44,158 nucleotides of DNA from an uncultured Thermoplasmata archaeon (lineage in GTDB: Archaea; Thermoplasmatota; Thermoplasmata; Halarchaeoplasmatales; Halarchaeoplasmataceae): contig CAYVTG010000001.1 of the NCBI GenBank assembly GCA_964454575.1, positions 1 to 44,158 on the forward strand, in the 5' to 3' direction. Made by a program: the position numbers and the translations under genes. Under the pieces are notes generated by a model that searched no databases, was not told the DNA's origin, and saw only the letters and a list, made by a program, of their open reading frames with translations. Below are positions 35,046 to 42,969 of the stretch, piece after piece. Numbering within the stretch: the stretch's first letter is position 1; the number at the start of each line of letters is the position of its first letter.

Positions 35046-36410
35046 ATGAGTAAACTCAAAACCTGGCGTTTCTTCGCCGGCTTGATCATATTCTTCGCCG
35101 GCCTTGACGTTACACTTTTACTGAGCCATTTGTCACGGTTCATCGGAGTTGCCCTGCTTTTCGCCGGTCTGTTACTGATGATAACTGCCCATCCTAAGCT
35201 GTCTAAGCGTACCAAAGATGCACTACCGGACAAGTTCGTTTCCTTGTTCTCTCCAGAAACACTGTCCAAACTCAGATATCTCGTATTTTTTGTGCTGAGC
35301 GTGTTTACGGTCATACTATTCTTTCGATCTCTTAACACTTTGATCCCACTTATCGTGTTACTAGTAGCACCCGAATTAGCCATGCGAGCGCTAAAAAAAG
35401 AAGATACAGATAACACCCTGTTATCGATGGAGTTCCAGATGTTCGTTTTCGTCTCCACAGTTTTGTACATCAACTTCGATGCGGTATTCGGCTATCGAGA
35501 TCCGCCGGCGATATTCCCGCTGGTGTTCCTTGTAGCCGCTTGGATCATCGAAGGCATCTATCTGTTCGGACGTTTAGCACCTGCAAAGCCCATCGAGTCA
35601 GTAAAGCAACCTATTGAAGAAGAAGGCCCGTACCTCTCGGAACGTTTTATCCACATGATAACCTTCAACGGCAGGTTCAAACCGTTTATACCGGTAGTCG
35701 GCGCTGCTATGATAGGAATGGTGTTCGTGTTCAACCTCTTCATAACAGGCGGACTTTCCCTAGGTTCTCACGACGGTGCGACTCTACTTCTCGGAGTTGC
35801 GTTGTTAGCATATAATCGTATACCGGACAAGTACTCCTTCGAACGTGATTTCACCATGCTTTTTCTTGCATTTCTTTTCCTTATCTTAGTACTACCCATA
35901 ACTATCCTCGCATACACATCCGGGCCTATGACGGAGGCCAGCAATTCACCGGTCATCTACCATATGCTGGCACGACCGACGGCGTGGTTACTCCGTTCAG
36001 TAGGTATCCCAGCACGCGCTGCGATAAAAGGCGAATGGGTCATAATCGGCATGCCCATGGCAGCTAACAGCTTTTACATCGACTACGTATATCGGGAAGT
36101 ACTGATAGGTCTTTCCTGCACAGGTCTATACTCGGTGACCATCTTCATCTCGGCCTTCCTAGCATTCGTCATGGTGCACTTCAAGAAGATGACATTTCAA
36201 CTCTCTCTATTCATGGTATTAGGGATAATCGCTTCATGGATCGCCAACATACTACGTATGTTCGTCATAATGCTCATGGGATATCATTACGGTTCGGAGG
36301 CCATGATGTGGACACACAACAACGCAGGTATCTTCATATTCATGGTTTGGATAGCTCTATTCTGGGGCGTGATGTTCAAATTCTTCGATATACCCGTAGG
36401 TAGGGATTAA
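35046..36410 (+). CDS. Archaeosortase (exosortase/archaeosortase-family transpeptidase), with an N-terminal extension of about 150 aa
   Basis: Polytopic membrane protein carrying the three family hallmarks in order: LIGLSCTGLYS (Cys codon 36117-36119), IANILRMFV (Arg codon 36255-36257) and WTHNNAG (His codon 36315-36317). I prefer the ATG at 35046 (MSKLKTWRFFAG) to the TTG at 34971 in the ORF track. Confidence 0.85.
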   Translation: MSKLKTWRFFAGLIIFFAGLDVTLLLSHLSRFIGVALLFAGLLLMITAHPKLSKRTKDALPDKFVSLFSPETLSKLRYLVFFVLSVFTVILFFRSLNTLIPLIVLLVAPELAMRALKKEDTDNTLLSMEFQMFVFVSTVLYINFDAVFGYRDPPAIFPLVFLVAAWIIEGIYLFGRLAPAKPIESVKQPIEEEGPYLSERFIHMITFNGRFKPFIPVVGAAMIGMVFVFNLFITGGLSLGSHDGATLLLGVALLAYNRIPDKYSFERDFTMLFLAFLFLILVLPITILAYTSGPMTEASNSPVIYHMLARPTAWLLRSVGIPARAAIKGEWVIIGMPMAANSFYIDYVYREVLIGLSCTGLYSVTIFISAFLAFVMVHFKKMTFQLSLFMVLGIIASWIANILRMFVIMLMGYHYGSEAMMWTHNNAGIFIFMVWIALFWGVMFKFFDIPVGRD

Positions 36411-36438
36411 TCTTTTAGCGTAGTGTTATCATATCCGT

Positions 36439-37404
36439 ATGATGCTTGAAAGGTATCAACGGATACTCGAAAAAGGATTAGAGCCGTACTATCTCAAGGC
36501 CAAGAAAGTTAATGTGACGCCATTGTTCGATAAGACCGTGGAAGAACTGTGGAAACTTCACGATACACAGTTGGAAGATAGCATACCTTCCTTGGAACTC
36601 AAATCTGAGCTAGCGCACCGCATGTTAGATCACTGCGAACTGTGCGAGTGGAGGTGCGGAGTCAACAGGAACAGGGGTGAATTGGGAGTATGTGGTGTTT
36701 TCGCCGAACCGAAGGTATCACCCGTCTTTCTGCATTTCGGTGAAGAGGACGTGTTGGTCCCTTCACACACAGTTTTCTTCGCCGGCTGCAATTTTAACTG
36801 TATCTACTGCCAGAACTACGATATAAGCCAGCGGCCGGACAGCGGAAGTTACGTTCGACCGGAAGTACTATCAGAGAGATTGAACCACGGCGGCGGCCGT
36901 AATGTCAACTGGGTTGGCGGCGACCCAACGCCGAACATAGCGTACATCACCGAAGTGCTAAGGCACATGACCGCACCGCTTCCGCAGATATGGAATTCCA
37001 ACATGTATCTAACGGAAGAGGGAATGAAACTTTCGGCGAAACTCATGGACGTTTATCTTACCGATTTCAAGTACGGTAACGATGACTGTGCGCAGCGCTT
37101 GTCGGGTGTAAGGGATTATACCGAGATAGTCAAACGTAATCACTTGTTGGCGGAGAAAACCGGCGACATCATCATCCGTCATCTAGTACTGCCGGGGCAC
37201 ATCGACTGCTGCACTCGGCCGTTGCTACAATGGATAGATAACAACTTGGATTCACCCTATGTGAACATAATGAAACAGTACCGACCGGTTTATCGTGTAT
37301 CGGAATGTTCAGAGATAGATAGGCATCTGAGTAGCGAAGAGAACAGAACTATCGACGAACTGCGGGACGAATACGCTAATCTATCGCTATCTAACCGGTC
37401 GTAA
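36439..37404 (+). CDS. Radical SAM protein, PflX-like (pyruvate formate-lyase activase-related, COG1313 type)
   Basis: The radical SAM motif is GCNFNCIYCQNYD (Cys codons 36787-36789, 36799-36801 and 36808-36810). An upstream Cys cluster reads HCELCEWRCGVNRNRGELGVCG. Also contains NWVGGDPTP. It starts 28 nt after the sortase stop. Confidence 0.85.
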   Translation: MMLERYQRILEKGLEPYYLKAKKVNVTPLFDKTVEELWKLHDTQLEDSIPSLELKSELAHRMLDHCELCEWRCGVNRNRGELGVCGVFAEPKVSPVFLHFGEEDVLVPSHTVFFAGCNFNCIYCQNYDISQRPDSGSYVRPEVLSERLNHGGGRNVNWVGGDPTPNIAYITEVLRHMTAPLPQIWNSNMYLTEEGMKLSAKLMDVYLTDFKYGNDDCAQRLSGVRDYTEIVKRNHLLAEKTGDIIIRHLVLPGHIDCCTRPLLQWIDNNLDSPYVNIMKQYRPVYRVSECSEIDRHLSSEENRTIDELRDEYANLSLSNRS

Positions 37405-37437
37405 AATACATATAATACCTGTATTTACGCCGGCTTC

Positions 37438-40263
37438 ATGCAAGCAAAAAAGACGTTGATAATGTTCGTACTGGCAATGTTACTGACCGCAGGTATCTCC
37501 GATATAATGGGGGGTAGCGAAACGAGTTCTTTTGATATCCCTGCTCCCGAAGGTCTGAGCATCGAAAAGACCGACACCGACGTGATACTGAGTTGGGATG
37601 AGATCGATGGCGTGGACGGTTACAAGATATATCATACCACGGACCTTTATGGCTCATTTCCCGAGGATTGGGAATACTATAACACAACATCTCTACAATG
37701 GATCCACGACGATGTTCTAACCGGCACCGAAGATCATTTCTACATGGTGCGCGGCTTGAACGGTGTTGTGGAAGGCGAACTCTCGGAGGTAGTTTTCTGT
37801 GCGGCTGTAGAGTTCATATACCACAGTGCATCCCAACGAAAATACTACTTATCGGTACCATCCGACTTCCCAGACATGAACGGCGACGATAACTTGACGG
37901 CCAGCGACCTTGTGATCCACATCGAAGGGCACACGGAAGATGGTTCCAACACGAAGATAAGCCACGTGGTGAAGTGGGATGCGGAGATCGGTACTTATTC
38001 CGAGCAATACTACTACGTTGAAGACCCGTTCAGTGACAACGGTTGGAATGGCGGTACGGACTTTCCCATCTACCCCGGAGACGGCATCGGCTTCTTCGTG
38101 GAGTCCAACTTTACCTGGTATGTTAATGCGACGGAGACCGGAGACCCCATCGAATTCGTATATTATGGTGAAGCCAACAACAAATATTATCTCTCGGTAC
38201 CGTACACCGTGACGGACTACAACTACGACGGACAACTGACGTCCAGAGACTTAGTAGTGGCCATCGAAGGGGACACAGGTGAGGGAACGAACACGAAGAT
38301 AAGCAAGGTGATGAAGTGGGATGCGGAGCTCGGAGGATATTCAGAGCGGTTTTACTATGAAGAAGATCCGTTCAGCGGCAGTGGATGGTATGGAACGGAC
38401 TTCCCCATATCCCCCGGCGACGGCATCGGCTTCTTCGTCGAGTCCAATTTTACCTGGAATCCCGAACTTATCGATCTACAACCGCCGGCAGTGATCAACA
38501 TAACTCCGGGCACGTCGATCATACCTTTAGATACCGAAATAACCCTGAGCTTCTCCCGGGATATGAATCGGACATCGGTGGAGGCAGCCTTGGATTGGTC
38601 CGACATGACCGTTGAATTAGAGTGGGAGGACGACCGCACGCTCACTATAACACCACAACAGCCGTTGACGCCGGGTAAGGAACACAACCTAACCATCACC
38701 CCGTCAGCCAAAGACACCGTCAGAAACGCCTTGGACGGCAGCGGAGACGGCATCCCCGGGGACGTCTTTGTATATACCTTCACCGTCGAGCTACCGCCGG
38801 TCATCGAACACGCACCGCCGGAGAGATGGCACTTGGAGGATAATATCACGCTCGAAACCGAAGCGACCGACGACATAGAGTTGGATAGTGTTTCGCTGGA
38901 ATACAGTTATGGTGAAAACTACGGTAACGTGACTATGGATAACATAGAAAACGATACATTCACTCTCACACTAACTGCACCGGGCACGGAGTGCATACTG
39001 AACTACACCATATGGGGCACCGATAGTAGCGGGCTGGTCTCTTCGGAGAACTACACGCTTCCCATACTCAACCTTACTGCTCCTGTGGTAGTAAACATAT
39101 GGCAGGAACACGAGGTCATGCCGATGAACGGAGTACTGCAGTTAGAATTCTCCAAACCCATGGACCTCGATATATACTCTGCACTGACTGTGACACCGGA
39201 TGCAGAGTTCGAATTGTTCTGGGCGAGCACAAAACATTTGAATATTCAGTTTTACAATCTCACTGAAGAAACGGAATATACGATCACTCTAAATTCCAAT
39301 CTAACCACAGATGTTAATGGGATCTCCATGGAAGAGGGCGTATCTTACAGTTTTATATCTCAAGGACGTCCGACTATCAGTTTATCCGATACCTCAGAAG
39401 AGATATCAAAATGCTCGGAAATAGTGGTTGAAGCAGAGATACTATCCGATATGGAGATAGCAGAAGTTAATCTATATTACAACGACACGAACGGCGAAGA
39501 ACACTCTCTCCTAGCGAATTACAGCGAAGGTTTTTGGACAGCTACCATACCGAGCCAAAATCTAAGCGGTGAGATACGTTACATGTTCGAAGCTATAGAC
39601 ATCAGCGGATTGAAGAGCTATACGGACATCCACAGCATAGTGGTGACCAACCCAACGGTCATCCATCCCTGTCAAGATATCGACGCAGAGGCGGCTACAC
39701 CTTTCGAGTTCACAGTAAGGGTGACCAATCCCACGGGAGTACGAATGGTGATACTGCACTACAACGACGGAGAATCTACAGAGCTAACACTCAGGGATGG
39801 CAGCCCTGCAGATGGCAACTGGAGTACTCAATTGACCGTCGACGAACAGATATTCGAATATCAGTTAGAAGTGGTGGACTGGGACGGAGAAAGCATAGTC
39901 CTACCTAACACACCACTTTCCATGGAGGTCGGCGAGCAGCAGTCATCGGCATTCGGTAATATCTGGTTACTGCTTCTTATCGCAGTGGCCTGCGCTGCCG
40001 GTATCGGTACCATTGCGTGGAAAAAGAAGGGAAGCACCGTTAGCGAAGATGTGCCGGAAGCAGCCGCAGCACCGGTCACGGAATCACCCGAAGAACAAGT
40101 TAATAATACCACATGTACTGTATGCTTCGGTACCATAGAAGGCACCCCGCATAGATGCAGCGGCTGTGGAAATGTATATCATAGAAACTGCATCCAAGAA
40201 CTCGGGGAATGTCCGGTTTGTGGTACTGATCCTTTAAAAGGTGGTAATGATGAATCACCGTGA
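37438..40263 (+). CDS. Giant surface protein: signal peptide, Fn3-like domain, two 113-aa dockerin-loop modules, several Ig-like (SbsA/Big-type) domains, TM helix, cytoplasmic C4HC3 zinc finger
   Basis: Signal peptide MQAKKTLIMFVLAMLLTAGIS. The cassette is homologous to the C-terminus of the 31391 gene. There are about 20 N-x-S/T sequons in the ectodomain. TM helix NIWLLLLIAVACAAGIGTIAW, followed by KKKG. It starts 33 nt after the radical SAM stop. Confidence 0.88.
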   Translation: MQAKKTLIMFVLAMLLTAGISDIMGGSETSSFDIPAPEGLSIEKTDTDVILSWDEIDGVDGYKIYHTTDLYGSFPEDWEYYNTTSLQWIHDDVLTGTEDHFYMVRGLNGVVEGELSEVVFCAAVEFIYHSASQRKYYLSVPSDFPDMNGDDNLTASDLVIHIEGHTEDGSNTKISHVVKWDAEIGTYSEQYYYVEDPFSDNGWNGGTDFPIYPGDGIGFFVESNFTWYVNATETGDPIEFVYYGEANNKYYLSVPYTVTDYNYDGQLTSRDLVVAIEGDTGEGTNTKISKVMKWDAELGGYSERFYYEEDPFSGSGWYGTDFPISPGDGIGFFVESNFTWNPELIDLQPPAVINITPGTSIIPLDTEITLSFSRDMNRTSVEAALDWSDMTVELEWEDDRTLTITPQQPLTPGKEHNLTITPSAKDTVRNALDGSGDGIPGDVFVYTFTVELPPVIEHAPPERWHLEDNITLETEATDDIELDSVSLEYSYGENYGNVTMDNIENDTFTLTLTAPGTECILNYTIWGTDSSGLVSSENYTLPILNLTAPVVVNIWQEHEVMPMNGVLQLEFSKPMDLDIYSALTVTPDAEFELFWASTKHLNIQFYNLTEETEYTITLNSNLTTDVNGISMEEGVSYSFISQGRPTISLSDTSEEISKCSEIVVEAEILSDMEIAEVNLYYNDTNGEEHSLLANYSEGFWTATIPSQNLSGEIRYMFEAIDISGLKSYTDIHSIVVTNPTVIHPCQDIDAEAATPFEFTVRVTNPTGVRMVILHYNDGESTELTLRDGSPADGNWSTQLTVDEQIFEYQLEVVDWDGESIVLPNTPLSMEVGEQQSSAFGNIWLLLLIAVACAAGIGTIAWKKKGSTVSEDVPEAAAAPVTESPEEQVNNTTCTVCFGTIEGTPHRCSGCGNVYHRNCIQELGECPVCGTDPLKGGNDESP
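37807..38490 (+). repeat. Two tandem copies of the same 113-aa dockerin-loop module found at 32978-33655
   Basis: VEFIYHSASQRKYYLSVPSDFPDMNGDDNLTASDLVIHIEGHTEDGSNTKISHVVKWDAEIGTYSEQYYY...PGDGIGFFVESNFTW and IEFVYYGEANNKYYLSVPYTVTDYNYDGQLTSRDLVVAIEG.... The two genes share identical DNA runs, for example CTTCCCAGACATGAACGGCGACG. Confidence 0.9.
40114..40221 (+). other. Cytoplasmic C4HC3 zinc finger (PHD/RING-variant-like spacing)
   Basis: CTVCFGTIEGTPHRCSGCGNVYHRNCIQELGECPVCG gives C-x2-C-x10-C-x2-C-x4-H-x2-C-x6-C-x2-C. Confidence 0.6.
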
Positions 40264-40312
40264 AGTACACATAAAATATATATACAGCGTATAACTATTA
40301 TATGGTGATAAG

Positions 40313-40510
40313 ATGGCGACGACTATACGGATAGATGTAGAAACCAGAGAAAATCTGAAGAGGTTTGGTCACAAAGGTGAATCATACGACGACATCATCG
40401 AACGATTGATGGGTTATTGCGAGGAATTCGATATCGAAGAGTTGATCGAAGCAAAATGGCTACGCCTTCAGAAAGAAAAGGACCAATACATCCCATTGGA
40501 TGAGATTTAG
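40313..40510 (+). CDS. Putative antitoxin (small acidic protein, possible ribbon-helix-helix N-terminus)
   Basis: 65 aa, MATTIRIDVETRENLKRFGHKGESYDDIIERLM.... Its stop codon directly abuts the start codon of the RelE-like gene. Confidence 0.6.
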   Translation: MATTIRIDVETRENLKRFGHKGESYDDIIERLMGYCEEFDIEELIEAKWLRLQKEKDQYIPLDEI

Positions 40511-40822
40511 ATGGATATCGTTGTACACCCGCGAGTTCAAAAATACATCGAAAAAAGTGGGGAAAAAGAAAGGTTTGTACAATCTTTAAAATTACTCTCT
40601 GCAGATCCATATAACTCTAGAAGTGGTGTTGACATAAAAAATGCCGTGCAATCTGAACCGATTCCACTTATTTTTCATCTTTCCCAAGAGATGAAAAAAC
40701 TCAAAGGGAAACGCCATGATATGTACAGATTAAGAGTGGGTCCCCACAGATTCGAATATATTGTAGAGGATGAAAAGATATGGGTCGACGATGCTTTTTA
40801 CAGAGAAAGAGGATATCGATGA
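40511..40822 (+). CDS. RelE/ParE-superfamily toxin-like protein
   Basis: Contains KKLKGKRHDMYRLRVGPHRFEYIVEDEKIWVDDAFYRERGY. This is the ...KLkG...yRlRvGdyRiiY...R..aY pattern of RelE/StbE toxins. Confidence 0.72.
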   Translation: MDIVVHPRVQKYIEKSGEKERFVQSLKLLSADPYNSRSGVDIKNAVQSEPIPLIFHLSQEMKKLKGKRHDMYRLRVGPHRFEYIVEDEKIWVDDAFYRERGYR

Positions 40823-40890
40823 TACCACCGAACACCTTAAAAATAACCGACATACTGTACGCTTTAAAACGCACTTGACAGGTGGTATAG

Positions 40891-42294
40891 ATGAAAAAAC
40901 ACGAAGATTTCAGCGAGTGGTACAACGAAGCGATAGAGAAGGCCGAACTCACGGATAAACGATATCCGGTAAAGGGTATGAACATATGGAAGCCCTACGG
41001 CTGGAAATTGATGCGACTTATAGACGAAGAAACAAGAAAGTTGGTTGAAGAGACAGGTCATCAGGAAGTCAAGTTTCCACTGCTCATCCCCGAAGAGGAA
41101 TTCAAAAAGGAAGCTGACCACATAAAAGGTTTCGATGAACAGGTATTCTGGGTTTCCCATGCGGGCAAGAACGAGCTGGACATACCTTTACTACTCAGAC
41201 CGACCAGCGAGACGGCTATGTATCCCATATTCGATCTGTGGGTGCGTTCGCACGCTGACTTACCTTTGAAGATTCATCAGTTCGTCAATGTTTTCAGATA
41301 TGAAACAAAGCAGACCAGAGCATTCATGCGTATGCGCGAGATCCACTTCTTCGAAGCACACACCTGTCACGCCAGTAACGACGAGGCAGAGGAACAGATA
41401 AAGGAAGACTTCGAGATAATGGACGCACTGACAAAAAAGCTGTGTCTCCCGTACCTTAAGCTGCAGCGCACGGATTGGGACAAGTTCCCTGGTGCGGATT
41501 ACAGCGTGGGCGCAGATGCATTCATGCCGACCGGAAAACTACTGCAGATTGCCGGCATACATCAGTACAAGACCAACTTCGCGAAGGCCTACGATATCAC
41601 CTTCGAAGATGAAAGCGGAGACCACAAGCACGTTTACCAGACCACATACGGCATGTCGGAACGTTTGATAGGTGCCATCGCAGCCATACACGGCGACGAT
41701 AATGGTGTCGTGATACCTCCGGAAATAGCTCCGATACAGGTACGTATCATACCCATAGCTTACGGTGAAGACACAGAACTGAAAGAATTCTGTGAAAACA
41801 CAAAGAACAAACTCATGGAAAACGGATTCCGAGCGGATATCGACGACAGAGAAGACATAAGGCCCGGCAGCAAGTTCTTCGACTCGGAACAGATGGGTAT
41901 CCCTTTGAGGTTGGATATAGGTAGAAAGGAGATGGAAAAAAATACTATCACCGTAGTAAGGAGAGATACCGGTCAAAAGGATACCATACCAGCCGAAGAA
42001 CTCATCAAACGATTAAAAGATACCTCAGACGCCATGCAAAAAGAACTGTACCAGCGAGCTAAGGATGAACTAGACAGCAACATCATCGATGCCAAGGACT
42101 TCGAAGATATGACCGAACAGAAGATATATCGAACGGGCTGGTGTGGAGAATTGGAATGCGGTCAGTATATAGAAGAAGTAGCAGACAGGGATATCCTAGG
42201 CTCTCGTTACGGAGAATCAGACACCTACAACGGACGATGTCTTTCCTGCGGTAAACCTACGGATAAAGCGGTATATCTGTGTAAGACCCATTAA
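40891..42294 (+). CDS. proS: Prolyl-tRNA synthetase, archaeal/eukaryotic type
   Basis: Contains FSEWYNEAIEKAELTDKRYPVKGMNIWKPYGW, LLRPTSET, FRYETKQTRAFMRMREIHFFEAHT, and a C-terminal Zn-binding region ending in Y-x-C-K-T-H. Confidence 0.93.
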   Translation: MKKHEDFSEWYNEAIEKAELTDKRYPVKGMNIWKPYGWKLMRLIDEETRKLVEETGHQEVKFPLLIPEEEFKKEADHIKGFDEQVFWVSHAGKNELDIPLLLRPTSETAMYPIFDLWVRSHADLPLKIHQFVNVFRYETKQTRAFMRMREIHFFEAHTCHASNDEAEEQIKEDFEIMDALTKKLCLPYLKLQRTDWDKFPGADYSVGADAFMPTGKLLQIAGIHQYKTNFAKAYDITFEDESGDHKHVYQTTYGMSERLIGAIAAIHGDDNGVVIPPEIAPIQVRIIPIAYGEDTELKEFCENTKNKLMENGFRADIDDREDIRPGSKFFDSEQMGIPLRLDIGRKEMEKNTITVVRRDTGQKDTIPAEELIKRLKDTSDAMQKELYQRAKDELDSNIIDAKDFEDMTEQKIYRTGWCGELECGQYIEEVADRDILGSRYGESDTYNGRCLSCGKPTDKAVYLCKTH

Positions 42295-42752
42295 AATTCA
42301 GAGATCAATACTCGATCTCCAACAGATATCTCATTATCTTCGAAGAAGCCAATATTAACTTCGAGAGCATATCGGTATTCGACCCCTGGTGAATGGCTCT
42401 CTAAAGAATATGGCTCCATATCTTGAATGTCGATTATCGTTCCATTCTCAGATATAAATGCGATAGAAAGAGGTATGGAGGTATCTTTCATCCAGAATGA
42501 AGTGCTTACATTTTCTTCAAAAACAAAAAGCATGCCGCAGTCGTAACATAAGGACTCTCTACCGGATAGTCCTTTAGAATGTTGATGATCATCTAATGCT
42601 AACTCAACATATACGGTGATCTCTTCACCCGAACTGTTGATCACGGTTAGCTCGTTTCTCTCACACTCAGAACTGGGATTAAATATCAACACTCCTAATA
42701 ACACAACTACCACTGCGGCGAATACCACCATCAAGATATGATTCTTATCCAT
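42291..42752 (-). CDS. DUF192-family protein with an N-terminal signal anchor
   Basis: Contains GLSGRESLCYDCGMLFVFE, FWMKDTSIPLSIAFI and YALEVNIGFF, matching the DUF192 (COG1430) pattern. Confidence 0.82.
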   Translation of the reverse strand: MDKNHILMVVFAAVVVVLLGVLIFNPSSECERNELTVINSSGEEITVYVELALDDHQHSKGLSGRESLCYDCGMLFVFEENVSTSFWMKDTSIPLSIAFISENGTIIDIQDMEPYSLESHSPGVEYRYALEVNIGFFEDNEISVGDRVLISEF

Positions 42753-42761
42753 ATCGGAGTT

Positions 42762-42962
42762 TTAGTCCTCCATGGAATACAGCAGAAATCCGACTATGCC
42801 GAAACCCATGAGGACTATAGTGATAGTATATACGCCGAGGTCAAACCAAGTACCGAACATTATGGACCACGATAAGTAAAATCCAACACCGAGTGCAGCG
42901 ACGAAGGCGAATAACAACGTCAGGTATTTTTTTGGTATTATCTCCATATCGCTGTCGGTCAT
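42762..42962 (-). CDS. Small hypothetical membrane protein (two helices)
   Basis: 66 aa and hydrophobic, tightly packed between DUF192 and EF-2. No family recognised. Confidence 0.45.
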   Translation of the reverse strand: MTDSDMEIIPKKYLTLLFAFVAALGVGFYLSWSIMFGTWFDLGVYTITIVLMGFGIVGFLLYSMED

Positions 42963-42969
42963 CTAGATC

